A stretch of 64,000 nucleotides of DNA. It comes from Eledone cirrhosa (Eukaryota). The position numbers were made by a program, and so were the translations under genes. Location: positions 4,526,001 to 4,590,000 of the forward strand of contig OZ024745.1 of NCBI GenBank assembly GCA_964016885.1, written 5' to 3'. Shown one piece after another: positions 1 through 12,000 of this stretch (its first letter is position 1; each line of letters begins with the position of its first letter). Below the pieces are notes generated by a model. The model was given only the letters and a program-made list of their open reading frames with translations, searched no databases and was not told the origin of the DNA.

Positions 1-3000
1 TCTCTTCTCTCTCAGAACATCGTGGTATTTGGCTCTCTTCCCTCTCAGTTAGAACATCGTAGTATTTGGCTCTCTTCTGTCTCAGAACATCGTGGTATTT
101 GGCTCTCTTCTCTCTCAGAACACCGTGTTATCTGGCACTCTTCTCTCTCAGAACATCGTGTTATATGGCACTCTCTCTCTCAGAACACCGTGTTATCTGG
201 CTCTCTTCTCTCTCAGAACACGGTGTTATATGGCACTCTTCTCTCTCAGAACATCGTGGTATTTGGCTCTCTTCTCTCTCAGAACACCGTGGTATCTGGC
301 TCTCTTCTTTCTTAGAACATCGTGGCATTTGGCTATCTTCTCTCTCAGAAAATCGTGGTATTTGGCACTCTTCTCTCTCAGAACATCGTGGTATTTGGCT
401 CTCTTCTCTCTTACAACATCGTGGTATTTGGCTCTCTTCTCACTTAGAAAATCGTGGTATTTGGCACTCTTCTCTCTCAGAACATCGTGGTATTTGGCTC
501 TCTTCTCTCTCAGAACATCGTGGTATTTGGCTCTCTTCTCTCTCAGAACATCGTGGTATTTGGCTCTCTTCTCTCTTAGAAAATCGTGGTATTTGGCACT
601 CTTCTCTCTCAGAACATCGTGGTATTTGGCTCTCTTCTCTCTCAGAAATCGTGGTATTTGGCTCTCTTCTCTCTCAGAAAATCGTGGTATTTGGCTCTCT
701 TCTCCCTCAGTTAGAACATCCTGGTATTTGGCTCTCTTCTCTCTCAGTTAGAACATCGTGGTATTTGGCTCTCTTCTCTCTCAGTTAGAACATCCTGGTA
801 TTTGGCTCTCTTCTCTCTCAGAACATCGTGGTATTTGGCTCTCTTCTCTCTCAGTTAGAACATCGTAGTATTTGGCTCTCTTCTGTCTCAGAACATCGTG
901 GTATTTGGCTCTCTTCTCTCTCAGTTAGAACATCCTGGTATTTGGCTCTCTTCTCTCTCAGTTAGAACATCCTGGTATTTGGCTCTCTTCTCTCTCAGTT
1001 AGAACATCGTGGTATTTGGCTCTCTTCTCTCTCAGTTAGAACATCCTGGTATTTGGCTCTCTTCTCTCTCAGAACATCGTGGTATTTGGCTCTCTTCTCT
1101 CTCAGTTAGAACATCGTAGTATTTGGCTCTCTTCTGTCTCAGAACATCGTGGTATTTGGCTCTCTTCTCTCTCAGTTAGAACATCCTGGTATTTGGCTCT
1201 CTTCTCTCTCAGTTAGAACATCCTGGTATTTGGCTCTCTTCTCTCTCAGAACATCGTGGTATTTGGCTCTCTTCTCTCTCAGTTAGAACATCCTGGTATT
1301 TGGCTCTCTTCTTTCTCAGTTAGAACATCCTGGTATTTGGCTCTCTTCTCTCTCAGTTAGAACATCGTGGTATTTGGCTCTCTTCTCTCTCAGTTAGAAC
1401 ATCCTGGTATTTGGCTCTCTTCTCTCTCAAAACATCGTGGTATTTGGCTCTCTTCTCTCTCAGTTAGAACATCGTAGTATTTGGCTCTCTTCTGTCTCAG
1501 AACATCGTGGTATTTGGCTCTCTTCTCTCTCAGTTAGAACATCGTGGTATTTGGCTCTATTCTCTCTCAGTTAGAACATCGTGGTATTTGGCTCTCTTCT
1601 CTCTCAGAACATCGTGGTATCTGGCTCTCTTCTCTCTCAGTCAGAACATCGTGGTATCTGGCTCTCTTCTCTCTCAGAACATCGTGGTATTTGTCTCTTT
1701 TCTCTCTCAGAACATCGTGGTATTTGGCTCTCTTCTCTCTCTCAGAAAATCGTGGTATTTGGCTCTCTTCACTCTCAGTTAGAACATCGTGGCATTTGGC
1801 TCTTTTCTCTCTCAGAACATCGTGGTATCTGGCACTCTTCTCTCTCAGAAAATCGTGGTATTTGGCTCTCTTCACTCTCAGTTAGAACATCGTGGCATTT
1901 GGCTCTTTTCTCTCTCAGAACATCTTGGTATCTGGCACTCTTCTCCCTCATAAAATCGTGGTATTTGGCTCTCTTCACTCTCAGTTAGAACATCGTGGCA
2001 TTTGGCTCTCTTCTCTCTCAGAAAATCGTGGTATTTGGCTCTCTTCTCTCTCAGAACATCGTGGTATTTGGCTCTTTTCTCTCTCAGAACATCGTGGTAT
2101 TTGGCTCTTTTCTCTCTCAGTTAGAACATCGTGGCATTTGGCTCTCTTCTCTCTCTGAACACCGTGGTATCTGGCTCTCTTCTTTCTTAGAACATCGTGG
2201 CATTTGGCTCTCTTCTCTCTCAGAACACCGTGGTATCTGGCTCTCTTCATTCTTAGAACATCGTGGTATCTGGCTCTCTTCTTTCTTAGAACATCGTGGC
2301 ATTTGGCCCTCTTCTCTCTCAGAACACCGTGGTATCTGGCTCTCTTCACTCTTAGAACATCGTGGTATTTGGCTCTCTTCTCTCTTAGAACATCGTGGTA
2401 TTTGGCTCTCTTCTCTCTCAGAACATCGTGGTATTTGGCTCTCTTCTATCTCAGTGAGAACATCGTGGTACTTGGCTCTCATCTCTCTCAGAACACCGTG
2501 GTATCTGGCTCCTTTCTCTTTTAGGAGATCGTGGTATTTGGCTCTATTCTCTCTCAGTTAGAACATCGTGGTATTTGGCTCTCTTCTGTCTCAGAACATC
2601 GTGGTATTTGGCTCTCTTCTCTCTCAGAACATCGTGGTATTTGGCTCTCTTCTCTCTCAGAACATCGTGGTATTTGGCTCTCTTCTCTCTCAGTTAGAAC
2701 ATCGTAGTATTTGGCTCTCTTCTGTCTCAGAACATCGTGGTATTTGGCTCTCTTCTCTCTCAGTTAGAACATCGTGGTATTTGGCTCTCTTCCATCACAG
2801 AACATCGTGGTATTTGGCTCTCTTCTCTCTCAGTTAGAACGTCCTGGTATTTGGCTCTCTTCTCTCTCAGAACATCGTGGTATTTGGCTCTCTTCTCTCT
2901 CAGTTAGAACATCGTAGTATTTGGCTCTCTTCTGTCTCAGAACATCGTGGTATTTGGCTCTCTTCTCTCTCAGTTAGAACTCCGTGGTATCTGGGTCTCT

Positions 3001-6000
3001 TCTCTCTCAGAACATCGTGGTATTTGGGTGTCTTCTCTCCCAGAACATCGTGGTATTTGGCTCTCTTCACTCCAAGTTAGAACATCGTGGCATTTGGCTC
3101 TCTTCTCTCTCAGAACATCGTGGTATCTGGCTCTCTTCTCTCTTAGAACATCGTGGTATTTGGCTCTCTTCTCTCCCAGTTAGAAGATCGAGGTATATGG
3201 CTCTCTTCTCTCTCAGAATATCGTGGTATTTGGCTCTCTTCTCTCTCAGTTAGAAAATCGTGGTATTTGGCTCTCTTCTCTCTCAGAACATCGTGGTATC
3301 TGGCTCTCTTCTCTCTCAGAACATCGTGGTATTTGGCTCTATTCTCTCTCAGTTAGAACATCGTGGTATTTGGCTCTCTTCTCTCTCAGAACATCGTGGT
3401 ATCTGGCTCTCTTCTCTCTCAGAAAATCGTGGTATTTGGCTCTCTTCACTCTCAGTTAGAACATCGTGGTATCTGGCTCTCTTCTCTCTCAGAACATCGT
3501 GGTATTTGGCTCTTTTCTCTCTCAGAACATCGTGGTATTTGGCACTCTTCTCTCTCAGAAAATCGTGGTATTTGGCTCTCTTCACTCTCAGTTAGAACAT
3601 CGTGGCATTTGGCTCTTTTCTCTCTCAAAACATCGTGGTATCTGGCACTCTTCTCTCTCAGAAAATCGTGGTATTTGGCTCTCTTCACTCTCAGTTAGAA
3701 CATCGTGGCATTTGGCTCTCTTCTCTCTCAGAAAATCGTGGTATTTGGCTCTCTTCTCTCTCAGAACATCGTGGTATTTGGCTCTTTTCTCTCTCAGAAC
3801 ATCGTGGTATTTGGCTCTTTTCTCTCTCAGTTAGAACATCGTGGCATTTGGCTCTCTTCTCTCTCTGAACACCGTGGTATCTGGCTCTCTTCTTTCTTAG
3901 AACATCGTGGCATTTGGCTCTCTTCTCTCTCAGAACACCGTGGTATCTGGCTCTCTTCATTCTTAGAACATCGTGGTATCTGGCTCTCTTCTTTCTTAGA
4001 ACATCGTGGCATTTGGCTCTCTTCTCTCTCAGAACACCGTGGTATCTGGCTCTCTTCATTCTTAGAACATCGTGGTATTTGGCTCTCTTCTCTCTTAGAA
4101 CATCGTGGTATTTGGATCTCTTCTCTCTCAGAACATCGTGGTATTTGGCTCTCTTCTATCTCAGTGAGAACATCGTGGTATTTGGCTCTCTTCTCTCTCA
4201 GAACACCGTGGTATCTGGCTCCCTTCTCTTTTAGGAGATCGTGGTATTTGGCTCTATTCTCTCTCAGTTAGAACATCGTGGTATTTGGCTCTCTTCTGTC
4301 TCAGAACATCGTGGTATTTGGCTCTCTTCTCTCTCAGAACATCGTGGTATTTGGCTCTCTTCTCTCTCAGAACATCGTGGTATTTGGCTCTCTTCTCTCT
4401 CAGTTAGAACATCGTAGTATTTGGCTCTCTTCTGTCTCAGAACATCGTGGTATTTGGCTCTCTTCTCTCTCAGTTAGAACATCCTGGTATTTGGCTCTCT
4501 TCCATCACAGAACATCGTGGTATTTGGCTCTCTTCTCTCTCAGTTAGAACGTCCTGGTATTTGGCTCTCTTCTCTCTCAGAACATCGTGGTATTTGGCTC
4601 TCTTCTCTCTCAGTTAGAACATCGTAGTATTTGGCTATCTTCTGTCTCAGAACATCGTGGTATTTGGCTCTCTTCTCTCTCAGTTAGAACTCCGTGGTAT
4701 CTGGGTCTCTTCTCTCTCAGAACATCGTGGTATTTGGGTCTCTTCTCTCTCAGAACATCGTGGTATTTGGCTCTCTTCACTCCAAGTTAGAACATCGTGG
4801 CATTTGGCTCTCTTCTCTCTCAGAACATCGTGGTATCTGGCTCTCTTCTCTCTTAGAACATCGTGGTATTTGGCTCTCTTCTCTCTCAGTTAGAACATCG
4901 TGGTATTTGGCTCTCTTCTCTCTCAGAACATCGTGGTATTTGGCTCTCTTCTCTCTCAGTTAGAACATCGTGGTATCTGGCTCTCTTCCCTCTTAGAACA
5001 TCATGGTATCTGGCTCTCGTCTCTCTTAGAACATCGTGGTATTTGGCTCTCTTCTCTTTTAGAACATCGTGGTATTTGGCTCTCTTCTCTTTTAGAACAT
5101 CGTGGTATTTGGCTCTCTTCTCTCTCAGAACATCGTGGTATTTGGCTCTCTTCTCTCTCAGTTAGAACATCGTGGTATCTGGCTCTCTTCTCTCTTATTA
5201 CATCGTGGTATCTGGCTATCTTCTCTCTCAGAACATCGTGGTATTTGGCTCTCTTCTCTCTCAGTTAGAACATCGTGGTATCTGGCTCTCTTCTCTCTCA
5301 GAACATCGTGGTATTTGGCTCTCTTCTCTCTCAGTTAGAACATCGTGGTATCTGGCTCTCTTCTCACTCAGAACATCGTGGTATTTGGCTCTTTTCTCTC
5401 TCAGAACATCGTGGAATTTGGCTCTCTTCTCTCTCAGTTAGAACATCGTGGTATCTGGCTCTCTTCTCTCTCAGAACATCGTGGTATCTGGCTATCTTCT
5501 CTCTCAGAACATCGTGGTATTTGGCTCTCTTCTCTCTCAGTTAGAACATCGTGGTATCTGGCTCTCTTCTCTCTCAGAACATCGTGGTATTTGGCTCTTT
5601 TCTCTCTCAGAACATCGTGGTATTTGGCACTCTTCTCTCTCAGAAAATCGTGGTATTTGGCTCTCTTCACTCTCAGTTAGAACATCGTGGCATTTGGCTC
5701 TTTTCTCTCTCAGAACATCGTGGTATCTGGCACTCTTCTCTCTCAAAAAATCGTGGTATTTGGCTCTCTTCACTCTCAGTTAGAACATCGTGGCATTTGG
5801 CTCTCTTCTCTCTCAGAAAATCGTGGTATTTGGCTCTTTTCTCTCTCAGAACATCGTGGTATTTGGCTCTTTTCTCTCTCAGTTAGAACATCGTGGCATT
5901 TGGCTCTCTTCTCTCTCTGAACACCGTGGTATCTGGCTCTCTTCTTTCTTAGAACATCGTGGCATTTGGCTCTCTTCTCTCTCAGAACACCGTGGTATCT

Positions 6001-9000
6001 GGCTCTCTTCATTCTTAGAACATCGTGGCATTTGGCTCTCTTCTCTCTTAGAACATCGTGGTATTTGGCTCTCTTCTCTCTCAGAACATCGTGGTATTTG
6101 GCTCTCTTCTATCTCAGTGAGAACATCGTGGTATTTGGCTCTCTTCTCTCTCAGAACAACGTGGTATCTGGCTCCCTTCTCTTTTAGGAGATCGTGGTAT
6201 TTGGCTCTATTCTTTCTCAGTTAGAACATCGTGGTATTTGGCACTCTTCTGTCTCAGAACATCGTGGTATTTGGCTCTCTTCTCTCTCAGAACATCGTGG
6301 TATTTGGCTCTCTTCTCTCTCAGAACATCGTGGTATTTGGCTCTCTTCTCTCTCAGTTAGAACATCGTAGTATTTGGCTCTCTTCTGTCTCAGAACACCG
6401 TGGTATCTGGCTCTCTTCTTTCTTAGAACATCGTGGCATTTGGCTCTCTTCTCTCTCAGAACACCGTGGTATCTGGCTCTCTTCATTCTTAGAACATCGT
6501 GGCATTTGGCTCTCTTCTCTCTTAGAACATCGTGGTATTTGGCTCTCTTCTCTCTCAGAACATCGTGGTATTTGGCTCTCTTCAATCTCAGTGAGAACAT
6601 CGTGGTATTTGGCTCTCTTCTCTCTCAGAACAACGTGGTATCTGGCTCTCTTCTCTTTTAGGAGATCGTGGTATTTGGCTCTATTCTCTCTCAGTTAGAA
6701 CATCGTGGTATTTGGCACTCTTCTGTCTCAGAACATCGTGGTATTTGGCTCTCTTCTCTCTCAGAACATCGTGGTATTTGGCCCTCTTCTCTCTCAGAAC
6801 ATCGTGGTATTTGGCTCTCTTCTCTCTCAGTTAGAACATCGTAGTATTTGGCTCTCTTCTGTCTCAGAACATCGTGGTATTTGGCTCTCTTCTCTCTCAG
6901 TTAGAACTCCGTGGTATCTGGGTCTCTTCTCTCTCAGAACATCGTGGTATTTGGGTCTCTTCTCTCTCAGAACATCGTGGTATTTGGCTCTCTTCACTCC
7001 AAGTTAGAACATCGTGGCATTTGGCTCTCTTCTCTCTCAGAACATCGTGGTATCTGGCTCTCTTCTCTCTTAGAACATCGTGGTATTTGGCTCTCTTCTC
7101 TCTCAGTTATAACATCGTGGTATCTGGCTCTCTTCCCTCTTAGAACATCGTGGTATTTGGCTCTCTTCTCTTTTAGAACATCGTGGTATTTGGCTCTCTT
7201 CTCTTTTAGAACATCGTGGTATTTGGCTCTCTTCTCTCTCAGAACATCGTGGTATTTGGCTCTCTTCTCTCTCAGTGAGAACATCGTGGTATCTGGCTCT
7301 CTTCTCTCTTAGAACATCGTGGTATCTGGCTATCTTCTCTCTCAGAACATCGTGGTATTTGGCTCTCTTCTCTCTCAGTTAGAACATCGGGTATCTGGCT
7401 CTCTTCTCTCTCAGAACATCGTGGTATTTGGCTCTCTTCTCTCTCAGTTAGAACATCGTGGTATCTGGCTCTCTTCTCACTCAGAACATCGTGGTATTTG
7501 GCTCTTTTCTCTCTCAGAACATCGTGGTATTTGGCTCTCTTCTCTCTCAGTTAGAACATCGTGGTATCTGGCTCTCTTCTCTCTCAGAACATCGTGGTAT
7601 CTGGCTATCTTCTCTCACAGAACATCGTGGTATTTGGCTCTCTTCTCTCTCAGTTAGAACATCGTGGTATCTGGCTCTCTTCTCTCTCAGAACATCGTGG
7701 TATTTGGCTCTCTTCTCTCTCAGTTAGAACATCGTGGTATCTGGCTCTCTTCTCTCTCAGAACACCGTGGTATCTGGCTCTCTTCTTTCTTAGAACATCG
7801 TGGCATTTGGCTCTCTTCTCTCTCAGAACACCGTGGTATCTGGCTCTCTTCATTCTTAGAACATCGTGGTATTTGGCTCTCTTCTCTCTTAGAACATCGT
7901 GGTATTTGGCTCTCTTCTCTCTCAGAACATCGTGGTATTTGGCTCTCTTCTATCTCAGTGAGAACATCGTGGTATTTGGCTCTCTTCTCTCTCAGAACAC
8001 CGTGGTATCTGGCTCTCTTCTCTTTAGGGAGATCGTGGTATTTGGCTCTATTCTCTCTCAGTTAGAATATCGTGGTATTTGGCTCTCTTCTGTCTCAGAA
8101 CATCGTGGTATTTGGCTCTCTTCTCTCTCAGAACATCGTGGTATTTGGCTCTCTTCTCTCTCAGAACATCGTGGTATTTGGCTCTCTTCCCTCTCAGTTA
8201 GAACATCGTAGTATTTGGCTCTCTTCTGTCTCAGAACATCGTGGTATTTGGCTCTCTTCTCTCTCAGAACACCGTGTTATCTGGCACTCTTCTCTCTCAG
8301 AACATCGTGTTATATGGCACTCTCTCTCTCAGAACACCGTGTTATCTGGCTCTCTTCTCTCTCAGAACACGGTGTTATATGGCACTCTTCTCTCTCAGAA
8401 CATCGTGGTATTTGGCTCTCTTCTCTCTCAGAACACCGTGGTATCTGGCTCTCTTCTTTCTTAGAACATCGTGGCATTTGGCTATCTTCTCTCTCAGAAA
8501 ATCGTGGTATTTGGCACTCTTCTCTCTCAGAACATCGTGGTATTTGGCTCTCTTCTCTCTTACAACATCGTGGTATTTGGCTCTCTTCTCACTTAGAAAA
8601 TCGTGGTATTTGGCACTCTTCTCTCTCAGAACATCGTGGTATTTGGCTCTCTTCTCTCTCAGAACATCGTGGTATTTGGCTCTCTTCTCTCTCAGAACAT
8701 CGTGGTATTTGGCTCTCTTCTCTCTTAGAAAATCGTGGTATTTGGCACTCTTCTCTCTCAGAACATCGTGGTATTTGGCTCTCTTCTCTCTCAGAAATCG
8801 TGGTATTTGGCTCTCTTCTCTCTCAGAAAATCGTGGTATTTGGCTCTCTTCTCCCTCAGTTAGAACATCCTGGTATTTGGCTCTCTTCTCTCTCAGTTAG
8901 AACATCGTGGTATTTGGCTCTCTTCTCTCTCAGTTAGAACATCCTGGTATTTGGCTCTCTTCTCTCTCAGAACATCGTGGTATTTGGCTCTCTTCTCTCT

Positions 9001-12000
9001 CAGTTAGAACATCGTAGTATTTGGCTCTCTTCTGTCTCAGAACATCGTGGTATTTGGCTCTCTTCTCTCTCAGTTAGAACATCCTGGTATTTGGCTCTCT
9101 TCTCTCTCAGTTAGAACATCCTGGTATTTGGCTCTCTTCTCTCTCAGTTAGAACATCGTGGTATTTGGCTCTCTTCTCTCTCAGTTAGAACATCCTGGTA
9201 TTTGGCTCTCTTCTCTCTCAGAACATCGTGGTATTTGGCTCTCTTCTCTCTCAGTTAGAACATCGTAGTATTTGGCTCTCTTCTGTCTCAGAACATCGTG
9301 GTATTTGGCTCTCTTGTCTCTCAGTTAGAACATCCTGGTATTTGGCTCTCTTCTCTCTCAGTTAGAACATCCTGGTATTTGGCTCTCTTCTCTCTCAGAA
9401 CATCGTGGTATTTGGCTCTCTTCTCTCTCAGTTAGAACATCCTGGTATTTGGCTCTCTTCTTTCTCAGTTAGAACATCCTGGTATTTGGCTCTCTTCTCT
9501 CTCAGTTAGAACATCGTGGTATTTGGCTCTCTTCTCTCTCAGTTAGAACATCCTGGTATTTGGCTCTCTTCTCTCTCAAAACATCGTGGTATTTGGCTCT
9601 CTTCTCTCTCAGTTAGAACATCGTAGTATTTGGCTCTCTTCTGTCTCAGAACATCGTGGTATTTGGCTCTCTTCTCTCTCAGTTAGAACATCGTGGTATT
9701 TGGCTCTATTCTCTCTCAGTTAGAACATCGTGGTATTTGGCTCTCTTCTCTCTCAGAACATCGTGGTATCTGGCTCTCTTCTCTCTCAGTCAGAACATCG
9801 TGGTATCTGGCTCTCTTCTCTCTCAGAACATCGTGGTATTTGTCTCTTTTCTCTCTCAGAACATCGTGGTATTTGGCTCTCTTCTCTCTCAGAAAATCGT
9901 GGTATTTGGCTCTCTTCACTCTCAGTTAGAACATCGTGGCATTTGGCTCTTTTCTCTCTCAGAACATCGTGGTATCTGGCACTCTTCTCTCTCAGAAAAT
10001 CGTGGTATTTGGCTCTCTTCACTCTCAGTTAGAACATCGTGGCATTTGGCTCTTTTCTCTCTCAGAACATCTTGGTATCTGGCACTCTTCTCCCTCATAA
10101 AATCGTGGTATTTGGCTCTCTTCACTCTCAGTTAGAACATCGTGGCATTTGGCTCTCTTCTCTCTCAGAAAATCGTGGTATTTGGCTCTCTTCTCTCTCA
10201 GAACATCGTGGTATTTGGCTCTTTTCTCTCTCAGAACATCGTGGTATTTGGCTCTTTTCTCTCTCAGTTAGAACATCGTGGCATTTGGCTCTCTTCTCTC
10301 TCTGAACACCGTGGTATCTGGCTCTCTTCTTTCTTAGAACATCGTGGCATTTGGCTCTCTTCTCTCTCAGAACACCGTGGTATCTGGCTCTCTTCATTCT
10401 TAGAACATCGTGGTATCTGGCTCTCTTCTTTCTTAGAACATCGTGGCATTTGGCCCTCTTCTCTCTCAGAACACCGTGGTATCTGGCTCTCTTCACTCTT
10501 AGAACATCGTGGTATTTGGCTCTCTTCTCTCTTAGAACATCGTGGTATTTGGCTCTCTTCTCTCTCAGAACATCGTGGTATTTGGCTCTCTTCTATCTCA
10601 GTGAGAACATCGTGGTACTTGGCTCTCATCTCTCTCAGAACACCGTGGTATCTGGCTCCTTTCTCTTTTAGGAGATCGTGGTATTTGGCTCTATTCTCTC
10701 TCAGTTAGAACATCGTGGTATTTGGCTCTCTTCTGTCTCAGAACATCGTGGTATTTGGCTCTCTTCTCTCTCAGAACATCGTGGTATTTGGCTCTCTTCT
10801 CTCTCAGAACATCGTGGTATTTGGCTCTCTTCTCTCTCAGTTAGAACATCGTAGTATTTGGCTCTCTTCTGTCTCAGAACATCGTGGTATTTGGCTCTCT
10901 TCTCTCTCAGTTAGAACATCGTGGTATTTGGCTCTCTTCCATCACAGAACATCGTGGTATTTGGCTCTCTTCTCTCTCAGTTAGAACGTCCTGGTATTTG
11001 GCTCTCTTCTCTCTCAGAACATCGTGGTATTTGGCTCTCTTCTCTCTCAGTTAGAACATCGTAGTATTTGGCTCTCTTCTGTCTCAGAACATCGTGGTAT
11101 TTGGCTCTCTTCTCTCTCAGTTAGAACTCCGTGGTATCTGGGTCTCTTCTCTCTCAGAACATCGTGGTATTTGGGTGTCTTCTCTCCCAGAACATCGTGG
11201 TATTTGGCTCTCTTCACTCCAAGTTAGAACATCGTGGCATTTGGCTCTCTTCTCTCTCAGAACATCGTGGTATCTGGCTCTCTTCTCTCTTAGAACATCG
11301 TGGTATTTGGCTCTCTTCTCTCCCAGTTAGAAGATCGAGGTATATGGCTCTCTTCTCTCTCAGAATATCGTGGTATTTGGCTCTCTTCTCTCTCAGTTAG
11401 AAAATCGTGGTATTTGGCTCTCTTCTCTCTCAGAACATCGTGGTATCTGGCTCTCTTCTCTCTCAGAACATCGTGGTATTTGGCTCTATTCTCTCTCAGT
11501 TAGAACATCGTGGTATTTGGCTCTCTTCTCTCTCAGAACATCGTGGTATCTGGCTCTCTTCTCTCTCAGAAAATCGTGGTATTTGGCTCTCTTCACTCTC
11601 AGTTAGAACATCGTGGTATCTGGCTCTCTTCTCTCTCAGAACATCGTGGTATTTGGCTCTTTTCTCTCTCAGAACATCGTGGTATTTGGCACTCTTCTCT
11701 CTCAGAAAATCGTGGTATTTGGCTCTCTTCACTCTCAGTTAGAACATCGTGGCATTTGGCTCTTTTCTCTCTCAAAACATCGTGGTATCTGGCACTCTTC
11801 TCTCTCAGAAAATCGTGGTATTTGGCTCTCTTCACTCTCAGTTAGAACATCGTGGCATTTGGCTCTCTTCTCTCTCAGAAAATCGTGGTATTTGGCTCTC
11901 TTCTCTCTCAGAACATCGTGGTATTTGGCTCTTTTCTCTCTCAGAACATCGTGGTATTTGGCTCTTTTCTCTCTCAGTTAGAACATCGTGGCATTTGGCT

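Noticed and set aside
8020-8032. TTTAGGG (also at ~23868), TTAGG in the AGGAGATC monomers, and TTAG in the 37-mers, resembling telomere motifs
   Set aside because: These are isolated single copies reachable by point changes in the monomer, never tandem, so they are not evidence of telomeric repeats.
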